Source: Eledone cirrhosa
Taxonomy: Eukaryota
Length of the DNA: 64,000 nt
Assembly (NCBI GenBank): GCA_964016885.1
Contig: OZ024756.1
Span: forward strand, 17,608,001-17,672,000
Reading direction: 5' to 3'
Below the pieces are notes generated by a model, which was not told where the DNA came from, ran no database searches, and worked only from the letters and a program-made list of their open reading frames with translations. Shown one piece after another: positions 10,950 through 23,825 of this stretch (positions are counted from its first letter, which is position 1; each line of letters opens with the position of its first letter). A program made the position numbers and the translations under genes.

Positions 10950-11720
10950 AATAATTGTTTCTACGTTTGGCACAAGGCCAGCAATTACTCCAGTGCATTA
11001 CTGGTACTTTATTTTATCGACCCCGTAAGGATGAAAGGCAAAGTTAACCTCGGCAGGATTTCAACTCAGGATGGCAAGGGCCGTAACTCTATAGGTCAAA
11101 GCATGGCGTCCGACCCTCTACTGATACTGTCAATCCACTAATAATAATAATAATAATGGTTTCTGATTTAGGCACAAGGCCAGCAATTTTGGGGGAAGGG
11201 AAAGTTGATTAAATCGACCCCAGTGCGTAACTGGTACTTTATTTTATCAACCACATAAGGATGAAATGCAAAGCTAACCGTAACGAGATTTGAACTCAGA
11301 ATGTAAAGGGCCATAACTCTAGGTTGCAAAGCATGTTGTCTGATGCTCTACTGATTACTGTCAAATAATAATAATAATAATGGTTTCTGATTTAAGCACA
11401 AGGCCAGCAATTTGGGGGAAAGGGAAAGTCGATTAAATCGACCCCAGTGCATTACTGGTACTTTATTTTAGTGAACCCCGTAAGGATGAAAGGCAAAGCT
11501 GATCTTGGTGGAATTTGAACAATAATAATAATAACAATATAATAATAATTTCTACTTTTGGCACAAGGCCAGCAATTTGAAGGGAAAGGGAAAGTTGATT
11601 ACATTGACCCCCACTATTTAACTGATATCATATTTTATTGAACCCCTGAAGGATGAAAGACAAAGTTGGCCTTGACAGGATTTGAACTCAGAATATGCCA
11701 ATAAGTAAATACTGCACAAC
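10950..11720 (-). mobile_element. Tandem cluster of four family B SINE copies or fragments
   Basis: Repeated Nin-domain motif separated by (AAT)n tails. Confidence 0.8.
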
Positions 11721-11774
11721 ATTTCTGTTTGTTATTTAAGTACGAAATGGATTCATCTTTTTTTAAGGCCATTA

Positions 11775-12395
11775 TCATCATCACTACTCTTTTCCACTTG
11801 CTTTTCCATGCCCACATGGGTTGGATGGGTCTTTTCCAGCACAATATCACTCTACTTGTAGTGGTCTTTTGTCATCTCCTCTCTCAGCTTTAGAGATTTG
11901 TGATCAGTTCTCACAACCTCTACCCAGGTCTTCCATGCACTCTCTCTCTCTACTGCAGCCTTCCTCTTCTGGGAAGCCCTAACACTTCTTTACCCAACGA
12001 TCATCATCGATGCACACCACATGTCCATACCAGTGCAGTCTTCTATCTTGCACATTACATCTGATTCCTCTCACAACCTCTACCCAGATTTTCTTTTCTC
12101 TCTCTACTGGGAAATTTTGACACTTCTTTACTCAACGATCAGCATCCATACACATCACATGTCAATACCAGTGCAGTCTCCTCTCTTGCACATTACATCT
12201 GATTTCTCTCATAACCTCTACCCAGATTTTCTTTGCTTTCTCTCTACTGCAGCCTTCCTCTGGGAAACCCTAACACTTTTCTACCCAACTATCATTATCC
12301 ATACACATCATATGTCCATACCAGTGCAGTCTTCTCTTCTGCACACTACATCTGATTCCTTTCACAAGCTCTGTACAAGTCTTCCTTGGTGTCCT
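11775..12395 (-). mobile_element. RTE LINE 3' fragment with an internal ~140-bp segment triplicated
   Basis: The minus strand encodes RRLHWY(G)H(M/V)-type motifs three times, then the CCCATGTGGGCATGGAAAAG...GATGAT tail. Confidence 0.65.
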
Positions 12396-13036
12396 GGAGA
12401 ATATATATATATATATATAACGATGACAGCTATGTTTTAATAGTGAACATTTTAGTAGAGTGTATGTGCGTGTGTTTATGTGTATATGTGTGACAGTAGT
12501 GGAAGGGAATGAAACAAACTCAACATGGTGTAGTCTGCAGACAGTCTCACTTCACCAAAAACTCAAGTACAATGGATCTATAATGGTTTTCCAAAGTCTT
12601 CAAAAACAAAAACCAACAAAAAAAAAACCAAAACAAACAAAATAACAAAAAAAACACACCAAACAAAGTACTTCAATATGTTTATGTGTTGAAATGAATT
12701 ATATATCTGCTGACCTTTTGCCAAAATATCGGAAATCTTTTAATGCATATCTGGAGATGTTGGTCAGTTCCAGCAAAATGTCAGGGGATACTTAAGTAAA
12801 CTATATATGTGGGAAGTCTAAAATAAACATTTATTTGAAACCATCAGTCTCCACCATGGCCACCACCGCCACCATCACCATCACCACCACCACCATCGTC
12901 ATCATCACTTCCTACTCCAAACCTCCCAAACTCCTCACTTACTCACTCACATAGGAATACTACTCAGACACATACACACATGATATCAACCGCCAACATG
13001 AAATAGACAAACCGAATGTTTTATATGCCAAGAAAG

Positions 13037-13067
<31 letters not shown>

Positions 13068-13092
13068 TAATGTTTGCTTGGCATATATATAT

Positions 13093-13379
13093 CATTTTTT
13101 CATCATAATTTTTACGTCCGCTTTTCCTTGCTTACAAGGGTGGGACGGAAATTGATTCTGGCTTGATTTCTACAGTTGGATGCCCTTCCTAACACCAACC
13201 TCATTTACAGTGAGTGCTGGGTGCTTTTTTGCCGTGGCACCTCCACGATCACTTTGCAGTGGAATGATAGGGACCCCAGTCCCTATCATCTCATTTCTAC
13301 AGCTGAGTAAACTGGAGCAATGTGAAATAAAGTGTCTTGTTCAAGGAAACAACACATCACCTGGTCTGAGAATTGAACT
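13093..13379 (-). mobile_element. SINE family A, 5'-truncated
   Basis: Reverse complement of the family A body and tail. Confidence 0.85.
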
Positions 13380-14026
13380 ATATATATATTGGCATTAGGA
13401 AACCAAAATCAGTTCTGTATGAGCAAGACGTGGTCATCTGACTTGGCTTATCTCACAATGGGATGACTCGTCTAACTCATGCTAGATGTGAAAATGGACG
13501 TTAAATGGTGATGATATATATATATATATATGTAAATAAGCAAATAGGACTGTAACATACATAAATTTGAACGTAGATATACCAAGAACAAAAGCAAAGT
13601 AATCACTGAATGTCCGTATATGTAAATAATACATTCCGAAAACAAAGCCAACAATAAACCAAACACACAGTGGATAAGACCGTTGAATGCCAAACTTGTA
13701 ACTAATATAGTCATTAAAACAAAGCTAATTACAAACTAAATGTCTTTACTAGCTCTAAGACACCCTTCATAATTCCTATCTCAGACACTATCCATATTTC
13801 CTGATAATTATATTCTATAAACCCAACAAATATAAATACCAGTATGGGGGAGACATACATTTTTTTTTTTTTTTTTTCATGCTACAATTGTCATATTACT
13901 CAGTTTCTGTGTAACACTAAACAATAAACATTTATTATTATCTGCAGCAAAATTTCTGGCCTTGTGCTTTATATAAGAAACCATTATCTGTAGCAACTAT
14001 GTCCCAATTGCGCAATAATCTACATC

Positions 14027-14067
<41 letters not shown>

Positions 14068-14069
14068 TA

Positions 14070-14146
14070 CAGAGTGTCCCAAAAAATGTATACACACTTT
14101 GATTAGAATGCTGTTGAAGTGTGTATACATTTTTTGGGACACACTG
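14070..14146. mobile_element. Tc1/mariner-type MITE
   Basis: TIR CAG(A/T)GTGTCCCAAAAAATGTATACACACTT with TA on both sides. Related copies at ~48105-48500 (tandem) and ~63297-63397. Confidence 0.75.
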
Positions 14147-14248
14147 TATGTGTGTGTGTGTGTATGTGTGTGTATGTATGTAAAAGGTAATTGGTACAGT
14201 GTATGGAAGGAATATATTTGTTTAACGCTTGAAATAGCAGGGAGAGGG

Positions 14249-14284
14249 TCTTAACGTTTTGGACGCTAGTACTTCATCAGAAGA
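14249..14284 (-). ncRNA. Minimal hammerhead, decayed (GAAA changed to AAAA)
   Basis: Minus strand TCTT-CTGATGA-AGTACTAGCGTCC-AAAACGTT-AAGA, same family as 54268 and 63778. Confidence 0.5.
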
Positions 14285-15649
14285 AAGAATGAGAAATTAG
14301 AAAGATTGAAGGGAAGGGCAGGACAGAATTGGGATGGTACTGGGTCGATATCATCATCATCATCATCAGGTTTAGCGTCCGTGTTCCACGCTTGCATGGG
14401 TTTGGACGGGGGTTTTCCCACTTGAGGCAAGAGTGGTTGTCTTGCTCGCATAGGACTGTCTGGCGGGTTTTCTACAGTTGGATGCCCTTCCTAACACCAA
14501 CCACATTTACAGTGTGGGGCTGGGAGGTTTTTACCGTGTTGCCTACACGGCCACATTTACAGCGTGGACTGTGTGTTTTTTGTCGTGACACCTACACGAT
14601 CTCATTTGTTTCGATATATATATATATATTGTCTAACCCATGCTAGCAGGGAAAATGGACGTTAAATGATGATGATGATGCTAATGAAGATGATATATAT
14701 ATATCCAAGATATATATAAAAAAAAAAGAATGCATTCTATCCATTGACCAATAAACTAATACAAACTAATTCATTGATTTGGACTAAAAGCTACTACTTC
14801 CAATATAATATTGCTTTTTATTGTGGATGTTTATAGATATTTTTACTTTTGTTGTTTTGATAGGAATCGTAAGAAGATTAGAAAAACAAAAAAGGATTTA
14901 ATTTCAAGAGAATATAGTAATCAGTAATTTGAAGATACTGGCAGAATAGCAACGCTTCAAAATATTGGCCATTTAATATCTCTCTTTTCTCTCTATTAAC
15001 CCTTTAGCATTTATTTTATACTATATATGCTATTGTATTTTCTCTCTCTTAACCCTTTAGCATTTATTTTACACTATATTTACTATTGTATTTTCACAGT
15101 AAAGGGTTTACCTCACAGAACATTGACATTACTTTATATATACTATTGTATTTTCACAGTAAAAGCTTTACCTCCCATAATATCTCACATAGCATTTACT
15201 TTACTTTCTATATACTATTGTATTTTCAATTATCTCAGATAATATTGAATCTATAAGGTTTTGATGTTATTTACTTTGAGAACAATATCTTAACATCAGT
15301 ATGTGTAGCCAGTTTGAACAGAAAGAGGTTAGATCATTCTGGCCAGCTACAGCCAGTTTAAATGTTAAAGTGTTAAAGTGTCCCAATAACACCACTACAG
15401 CTCCATCAGGAGTTATGGGTCAAATTATACATAACATTTTTAGTAACAACTGTAAACATTTTTTCTGCTTCTTTGATGACTTTGTGTTTTTTTTTGTTTT
15501 TCGTGGGTCTTTTATTTTTGCAATATAAAAAAAAAAAATGTTTCATGACATGGTCAATTAAGCAATTAGTCAAATGGTGATTAAATTAAGTTTAGTATCA
15601 ATTATTAAAAGCAGTAAAAGAATAAAAGAATTCATCACCATCATCATCA

Positions 15650-15965
15650 TTTTAACATCTGTTTTCCCACACATATATGGGTTGGACGGATCCTTCTCAG
15701 CACGGCATCTCTCCACTCGCCATGTTTCTTTGTCAACTCGCCCGTGAGTCTCAGCGATTTGAGGTCAGCTCTCATAACTACTGTTCAGGTCTTTCTTGGT
15801 CTACCTCTACTGTGGCTTCCTTCCACTGGGATTTCCTGGCACTTTTTCACCCAGTGATCATCATCCATGCACATCACATGTCCGAACCAACGCAATCTTC
15901 TCCCCTGCACACCACCTCGGATACCTCAGCTCATCCAAGCGCTGCCTTTCTCTCACACTTACATT
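15650..15965 (-). mobile_element. RTE LINE 3' fragment
   Basis: The minus strand encodes RRLRWFGHVMCMDDDHW.. and ends in a GAT tail. Confidence 0.7.
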
Positions 15966-16357
15966 GCAGATCCCACAAAATACATATTTTAACCCTTTAG
16001 CATTTATATTACATAATCATTTCACAGCATATCGAATCTATGAGATTTTGATATTATTTATTTTGACAACAATAACTTAACATCAGTATGAGTGGCCGGT
16101 TACAGCCGGTTTAACTAAAGAGTTAAATATTGATTTCTGATTTAGGCACAAGGCCAGTAACTTTGAAGGAAGAACAATATTGATTCAATCAACCCTAGTA
16201 TATGACTGGTACTTTGGTTTATCGAACCCTGGAAGGATGAAAGACAAAGTTGAGTCCAGTGGGATTTGAACTCAGAGTGTAAAGAGCCAGACCAAATACA
16301 GCAATTTTATTGGATGCTTTACCAATTCTGCCAACCCACCACGCTTGTATATTTTAA

Positions 16358-16575
16358 CCCTTTAGCATTTAAACCAGTCGTATCTGGCCAGAATTCTTTC
16401 GCCTCTTTCTGTTCAAACTGGTTGTAACTGGCTGCTCATATTGATGTTAAGGTATTGTTCTCAAAATAAATATTAAAATCTCATAGAATCAATATTATGG
16501 GAGGTAATTATGTGAGATAAAGCCTTTACCGTGAAAATATAATAGTAAATATAGAGTAATGTAAATGCTAAAGGG
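16358..16575 (+). mobile_element. piggyBac-type MITE
   Basis: TTAA-CCCTTTAGCATTT ... AAATGCTAAAGGG-TTAA. Confidence 0.85.
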
Positions 16576-16687
16576 TTAAATTGAAACCCAATGTAGGACG
16601 GATGTAGAAACGACTATTCTTGTTTGTTGCTTTCCTTCTATCCCTTACCTCCTCTTTCCTGTGAGCTCTTCTGTTTTAAAGGTTTAA

Positions 16688-17073
16688 CCCTTTAGCATTT
16701 AAACCGGTCATATCTGGCCAGAATTCTCTCACCTCTTTCTGTTCAAACCGCTCATACTCAAGTTAAGGAGTTGTTCTCAAAATAAATAATATCAAAATCT
16801 CATAGATTTGATATTTAACAGTTTCCAATTTGCTAATACTATCTATTGGTCGCAACTCCAGGTAGAAGGAGCAACGTTGAAATAAACTGTTTTGCCCAAG
16901 GACATAATGCATCACCCGATTTGGTAATCAAACTCACAACCTCACGATTGCAAATCCAATTCTCTAACCACTCAGCCACGCGCCTTTTGTTATTATGTGA
17001 GATAATTATGTAAGATAAAGCCTTTACCACAAAAATACAGTAGCATATATAGAGTAATGTAAATGGTAAAGGT
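16688..17073 (+). mobile_element. piggyBac-type MITE with a nested minus-strand tRNA-head SINE (~16817-16985)
   Basis: The MITE body breaks after GATTTGATATT and resumes at TATTATGTGAG. The insert reads GGCGCGTGGCTGAGTGGTTAGAG on the minus strand. Confidence 0.7.
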
Positions 17074-17944
17074 TTAAATATACAAATTTCATAACTGTTC
17101 TAACAAAAGATTGACAACCATTTCATAGTTTAGATAGAAAATCAATTATTGCAAAAAAAAAAAAAAAAAAAAAATCAATATAATTCTTAGAGATGAAAGA
17201 GAGAGGTAGGTGGTACTAAAAATATTTACACCTCAGCATTTCCAAAAGGTTACTACCATTCCCAAACGACTGCATCCCTTTACCCCTCCCCACCACTACC
17301 CCAATTTCTTGTAGTCCTTGTTTACTTCATTTCTAATGTTTGAAGAAAAAGAAAAACAAATATTTAGAATTCCTGATTTTTCTTCAAAATATTCTTTTCA
17401 AAATAAAATATTTTCTTCTCCTCCACCTCCCAACCCCCAATTTTTTTGTTTTCTAATTTTTTTTCTCACAACAAAAATCTCTATAAAATATATATAAAAT
17501 CTGTACAAAATCTATATAAATCTATATAAAATATGTATAAAATATATATTAACTTGTAAATTTTCATCACCCATAGCCTATAATGATGTGATCATCAAAC
17601 ACATCTAAATTGAATGAAATTATGATAACAATGTATTATTTCTTTTGGCTAGGTTTCAGGTTAAATCTTGTATGAAAGGAAAACTTGTATAATTTACTGG
17701 TCCAACCAACCCTTCAAAATCTCAAATAATAAGGAGATCATCAACAAACATCACGCTGCAAGTTCCCTTTATAACTTACAGGTCCAACCAACCCATAAAC
17801 TTCTCATAATTAGGAGAATCACACTGCCAGTTTCCCCTAATCATAACATCAAAGCATATATTTCAAAGTCAGGAGAAATATGAGAGGAACTAAGATACAA
17901 AGCTTTGAAACAAAAATAATTTAACCAAACAAAACATTACACAC

Positions 17945-17979
<35 letters not shown>

Positions 17980-18481
17980 TATTTACACATACACACACAT
18001 ATATATATGTACTTTCTTCTAAGTGTGAAACTAATAAGACTTTATGTTAAAGCATCCTCTTGTTTGTATTCTTGATATAAATATATATATATATGGGAGC
18101 TTTTTGTTGTGGCATCAGAACTACCACCTTACAGGATGGACTGGGTGCTTTTTGTCATGGGGTTAGCCTTGTCATACACTGTGTCATGCTGAATCTCCCC
18201 GAGAACTACGCTAAGGGTGCACATGTCTGTGGAATACTCAGCCACTTATACGTTAATTTCCTGCTCAGGCAGATCTGTAAATTCAATTGAGTGGAGCATT
18301 CATTGTCAGAAACGACAGTTACAATAATAACAACAACATTTGTACGTTAATTTAGTGAGTTAAATGTTCACTTTATCCAACAGATGAATGCTCATCGTGG
18401 ACATGGTGGAGGACCAATTGAGGTTGATAATAAAATAAATATTTTTCTGCTGTTATAGATCATAATGGATGTAATGTTTAT

Positions 18482-18756
18482 CGGGTGATGTGTTGTTTCC
18501 TTGAGCAAGACACTTTATTTCACATTGCTCCAGTTTACTCAGCTGTAGAAATGAGATGATAGGGACTGGGGTCCATATCATTCCACTGCAAAGTGGTCGT
18601 GGAGGTGCCACGGCAAAAAACACCCAGCACTCACTGTAAATGAGGTTGGTGTTAGGAGGGGCATCCAGCTGTAGAAATCAAGCCAGCATCAGTTCCCGTC
18701 TCACCCTTGCAAGCAGGGAAAAAGCGGACGTAAAATGAAATGATGATGATGATGAT
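18482..18756 (+). mobile_element. SINE family A, 5'-truncated
   Basis: Standard body and GAT tail. Confidence 0.85.
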
Positions 18757-19109
18757 ATATATAAGTAAACCTGAATCAACTGATTATGGCCTCCGATCTT
18801 TTAATAATAATATATATATATATATTATTATTATTATTGTAACTTTGCCTTTCATCGTTACGGGGTCGATAAAATAAAGTACCAGTAATACACTGGGTAA
18901 TTGCTGGCCTTGTGCCTAACGTAGAAACAATTATTATTATTGTAACTGTCGTTTCCGACAATGAATGCTCCACTCGATTGAATTTACAGATCTGCCTGAG
19001 CATGAAATTAACATATAAATGGCCGAGTACTCCACAGACATGTGCACTCTTAGTGTAGTTCTCAGGGAGATTCAGCATGACACAGTGTATGACAAGGCTA
19101 ACCCCATGA

Positions 19110-21550
19110 CAAAAAGCACCCAGTCCACCCTGTAAGGTGGTAATTCTGATACCATAACAAAAGCACCCAGTCCACCCTGTAAGGTGGTAGTACTGGTCCA
19201 CAACAAAAGCACCCAGCCCATTCTGTAAGGTAGTAGTGCAGGTCCTACAATTAAAAGCACCCAGTCCACCCTGTAAGGTGGTAGTGCAGGTCCCACAATT
19301 AAAAGCACCCAGTCCACCCGTAAGGAGGTAGTGCTGGTCCACAACAAAAAGCACCCTGTCTACTCTGTAAGGAGGTAGTGCTGGTCCACAACAAAAAGCA
19401 CCCTGTCTACTCTGTAAGGAGGTAGTGCTGGTCCACAACAAAAAGCACCCTGTCTACTCTGTAAGGAGGTAGTGCTGGTCCACAACAAAAAGCACCCTGT
19501 TTACTCTGTAAAGTGGTAGTGCTGGTCCACAACAAAAAGCACCCTGTCTACTCTGTAAAGTGGTAGTGCTGGTCCACAACAAAAAGCACCCTGTCTACTC
19601 TGTAAAGTGGTAGTGCTGGTCCACAACAAAAAGCACCCTGTCTACTCTGTAAGGAGGTAGTGCTGGTCCACAACAAAAAGCACCCTGTTTACTCTGTAAA
19701 GTGGTAGTGCTGGTCCACAACAAAAAGCACCCTGTCTACTCTGTAAAGTGGTAGTGCTGGTCCACAACAAAAAGCACCCTGTCTACTCTGTAAAGTGGTA
19801 GTGCTGGTCCACAACAAAAAGCACCCTGTCTACTCTGTAAAGTGGTAGTGCTGGTCCACAACAAAAAGCACCCTGTCTACTCTGTAAAGTGGTAGTGCTG
19901 GTCCACAACAAAAAAGCACCCTGTCTACTCTGTAAAGTGGTAGTGTTGGTCCACAACAAAAAGCACCCTGTCTACTCTGTAAAGTGGTAGTGCTGGTCCA
20001 CAACAAAAAGCACCCTGTCTACTCTGTAAAGTGGTAGTGCTGGTCCACAACAAAAAGCACCCTGTCTACTCTGTAAAGTGGTAGTGCTGGTCCACAACAA
20101 AAAGCACCCTGTCTACTCTGTAAAGTGGTAGTGCTGGTCCACAACAAAAAGCACCCTGTCTACTCTGTAAAGTGGCAGTGCTGGTCCAGAACAAAAAGCA
20201 CCCTGTCTACTCTGTAAAGTGGTAGTGCTGGTCCACAACAAAAAGCACCCTGTCTACTCTGTAAAGTGGTAGTGCTGGTCCACAACAAAAAGCACCCTGT
20301 CCACTCTGTAAAGTGGTAGTGCTGGTCCACAACAAAAAGCACCCTGTCCACTCTGTAAAGTGGTAGTGCTGGTCCACAACAAAAAGCACCCTGTCTACTC
20401 TGTAAAGTGGTAGTGCTGGTCCACAACAAAAAGCACCCTGTCTACTCTGTAAAGTGGTAGTGCTGGTCCACAACAAAAAGCACCCTGTCTACTCTGTAAA
20501 GTGGTAGTGCTGGTCCACAACAAAAAGCACCCTGTCTACTCTGTAAGGAGGTAGTGCTGGTCCACAACAAAAAGCACCCTGTCCACTCTGTAAAGTGGTA
20601 GTGCTGGTCCACAACAAAAAGCACCCTGTCTACTCTGTAAAGTGGTAGTGCTGGTCCACAACAAAAAGCACCCTGTCTACTCTGTAAAGTGGTAGTGCTG
20701 GTCCACAACAAAAAGCACCCTGTTTACTCTGTAAAGTGGTAGTGCTGGTCCACAACAAAAAAGCACCCTGTCTACTCTGTAAAGTGGTAGTGTTGGTCCA
20801 CAACAAAAAGCACCCTGTCTACTCTGTAAAGTGGTAGTGCTGGTCCACAACAAAAAGCACCCTGTCTACTCTGTAAGGAGGTAGTGCTGGTCCACAACAA
20901 AAAGCACCCTGTCCACCCTGTAAGGAGGTAGTGCTGGTCCACAACAAAAAGCACCCTGTCTACTCTGTAAAGTGGTAGTGCTGGTCCACAACAAAAAGCA
21001 CCCTGTCTACTCTGTAAGGAGGTAGTGCTGGTCCACAACAAAAAGCACCCTGTCTACTCTGTAAGGAGGTAGTGCTGGTCCACAACAAAAAGCACCCTGT
21101 CCACCCTGTAAGGAGGTAGTGCTGGTCCACAACAAAAAGCACCCTGTCTACTCTGTAAAGTGGTAGTGCTGGTCCACAACAAAAAGCACCCTGTCCACTC
21201 TGTAAAGTGGTAGTGCTGGTCCACAACAAAAAGCACCCTGTCTACTCTGTAAAGTGGTAGTGCTGGTCCACAACAAAAAGCACCCTGTCTACTCTGTAAA
21301 GTGGTAGTGCTGGTCCACAACAAAAAGCACCCTGTCTACTCTGTAAAGTGGTAGTGCTGGTCCACAACAAAAATCACCCTGTCTACTCTGTAAAGTGGTA
21401 GTGCTGGTCCACAACAAAAAGCACCCTGTCTACTCTGTAAAGTGGTAGTGCTGGTCCACAACAAAAATCACCCTGTCCACCCTGTAAGGTGGTAGTGCAG
21501 GTCCCACAACAAAAAGCACCCTGTCCACTCTGTAAAGTGGTAGTGACAAA
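19110..21550 (+). repeat. 47-bp SINE-derived minisatellite (~50 copies)
   Basis: Unit ACAACAAAAAGCACCCTGTCTACTCTGTAAAGTGGTAGTGCTGGTCC is homologous to the internal SINE A unit. The array continues into a SINE 3' end at ~21570-21790. Confidence 0.95.
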
Positions 21551-21979
21551 AGTCATGATAAAATGTTTCCAGTACACATTGTAAAATGATTGGTGTTAGA
21601 TGTTAGGAAGGGCAACCAGCTTTAGAAACCACACAAAAAATAAAGCATACAAGCAAGATCTGGTCACCTTATTAACTATTTAGCCTCTGTACACGACAAC
21701 CCACCAAACCTATGCAAACATGGAAAATAGATGTTAAATGATGATGATGATGATGATGATGATGGTGAAGAGAATGATGATGATGATGAATCTATCTGAT
21801 GGTCTGCCACACAGTTTCTGCCAACCCAATGTCACTCAAGATGTCACTAACTTGCCCAAGAATGTCATGGCCATGGGATCAAACTCTCAATTTCTTAATC
21901 AACCATGCCTGTGTCCTCAGAAAAAAGACCAAATCAATACCGACAAGATCTGAACACAAAAAATCTAGAGTGACAATGG

Positions 21980-22320
21980 TATGGTAGGGTAGGGTCCTGT
22001 AACTCCTGATGGAGTCATAGGGGCACCGTATTGACATACAGCGTTTCTTGGGTATTTTAAGCCTGGCGGAGGCCATCCTTCTCCAGGCCTGCGTACAGCA
22101 GATTTCCTCCAGAGATCTTCCGGAGAAAGACAGAGAGCGAGAGAAAGGAAGTGAGAAAGAGATATAGAAGAAGATTCGACCTTAGTACTAGACTGGTACT
22201 TTTTCGTCGACCTTGAAAGGATGAAAGTTGACCTCAGCCGGATTTGAACTCTCAGAGCTGAGAACCGGAATGAATACCACTAAGCATTCTATCAGTTCTT
22301 TTAACAATTCTCTCCTTCAA
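21980..22320 (-). mobile_element. SINE family C (tRNA head + Nin domain + distinct tail)
   Basis: Shares GGTCCTGTAACTCCTGAT..TATTGACATA..CTGGCGGAG with 25440-25770 and 37770-38060. Confidence 0.7.
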
Positions 22321-23201
22321 GTGACAAACTTAACTCTTAACATCATGTAATGGTTTAGCAGAAAATATTTAAAAACTGACTTTGTTAATTTAAATGTTTA
22401 TAGTATCTCTACTAGTGGACAGATCTCTGTGAAAACATGCAGTATTAGAGTAAAGACCTTAATTTTTAATGTGAAGCAGTGATAATGTTGTTTTGAACTT
22501 TTTTAGACTGTCTTGCTAAAATGGTTCCATGTTGTTTGTTAATTCATATGTTTGTAGTATTTTTACTGTCCGTGAAACATATACAGGGGCAGATCGTTTT
22601 AAAATGATCTGCCCCTGTGTATTACAGTAAAGACTTTAATTTTTAATGTGAAGCAGTTATAGAGTTATTTTGACATTTTCAAGAATGTCTTGCTAACGCG
22701 GTTTCAGGTGATTTGTTAATTCAAATGTTTATAGCATGTTTACTAGGGGACAGATTATTGTAAAAAGTGCAGTATAAAAACTTCAATTTATAATGTGATG
22801 AAGTCATAATTTTGTTTTGAACTTTTCAAGATTATCTTACTAATGTGGTTTTATGTGGTACAGGACATTAAGAATTAATAACTAATATATGTTTTTCTGT
22901 CCAGATAGCAATAACTGTTTGGAAAAAAAAATGGACACAAATATAAAAAATATATATATATATATATATATCCATCCCACTTCTGCCCACACCACCCTTA
23001 CTTTGTAAAGTTATGTTGGTATCACAAAAACATCTAGCCCACACTATAAAGTGGTAGTGTAGGTGTCATGACAAAAAGCACCCAGCTCACACTGTAAATG
23101 AGCAAGACATGGTCATCTGAACCAACTTGCCTCTAATGAGACAAACCCATCTAACCCATGCTAGCGTGGTAAACAGTCATTAAATGATGATGATGATGAC
23201 G

Positions 23202-23264
<63 letters not shown>

Positions 23265-23269
23265 ATAAT

Positions 23270-23433
23270 AATAAATCCAAAGAGGGCTCGATAAGGATAA
23301 ATTTATATCAAATATATAAGAACTGTAGAGCAAATATTTATTAAAATAACAGATTAAAGTTTAAGCAAAGAATCGCTGCTTTCACCCTTAGCGATTCTTT
23401 GCTTAAACTTTAATCTATTATTTTAATAAATAT
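23270..23433. mobile_element. Foldback Penelope-like remnant (CAGAAGA-hammerhead family), truncated inside the ribozyme
   Basis: Matches 52880-53111. Inverted arms lie around GCTTTCACCCTT, with (TA)n on both sides. Confidence 0.65.
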
Positions 23434-23620
23434 ATATATATATATATAGTAAGAATATTTTCGAAACAGCGAGTTGATTTAAAATTATTAGAAATGTTAG
23501 CTATCGCCGTATTTTGACTAAAGAAATTAAAGAAATTATTTAGCCTGTTTCGAAAATATTCTTACTTGACATTAGAGTCGCTAAGTTTATAGCTTCTAAT
23601 TTGAATGGAAAAAGACGGGT

Positions 23621-23692
23621 GATGTGTTGGTGTAAATGGTAGCACAGTGGTCCGGATAACCAAAGATGTGGGTTCGACTCCTATGTACGTCA
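23621..23692 (+). tRNA. tRNA-like cloverleaf (pseudo-tRNA or Pol III cassette), anticodon loop CCGGATA, followed by T7
   Basis: Acceptor GATGTGT/GTACGTC (three G-U pairs), D arm GTGT-AAATGGTA-GCAC, anticodon arm GTGGT/ACCAA, T arm GTGGG-TTCGACT-CCTAT, discriminator A, T-run at 23700-23706. Confidence 0.65.
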
Positions 23693-23825
23693 ATACTCCT
23701 TTTTTTCCATTTCTCCGAGGGTTCCTAACCCCACTATCAGGCTAAATAATTTCTTTAATATCTTTTGTCAAAATACGGCGATAGCTAACATTTCTAATAA
23801 TATATATATATATATATATATATAT

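Noticed and set aside
13180-13398. Recurrent short ORF MPFLTPTSFTV... (also 23913, 38250, 62109)
   Set aside because: Antisense reading of SINE family A, not a gene family.
19110-21550. CRISPR-like regular array
   Set aside because: Units are contiguous with no unique spacers, the context is eukaryotic, and the unit is SINE-derived. The same applies to 46556-47240 and 29905-31715.
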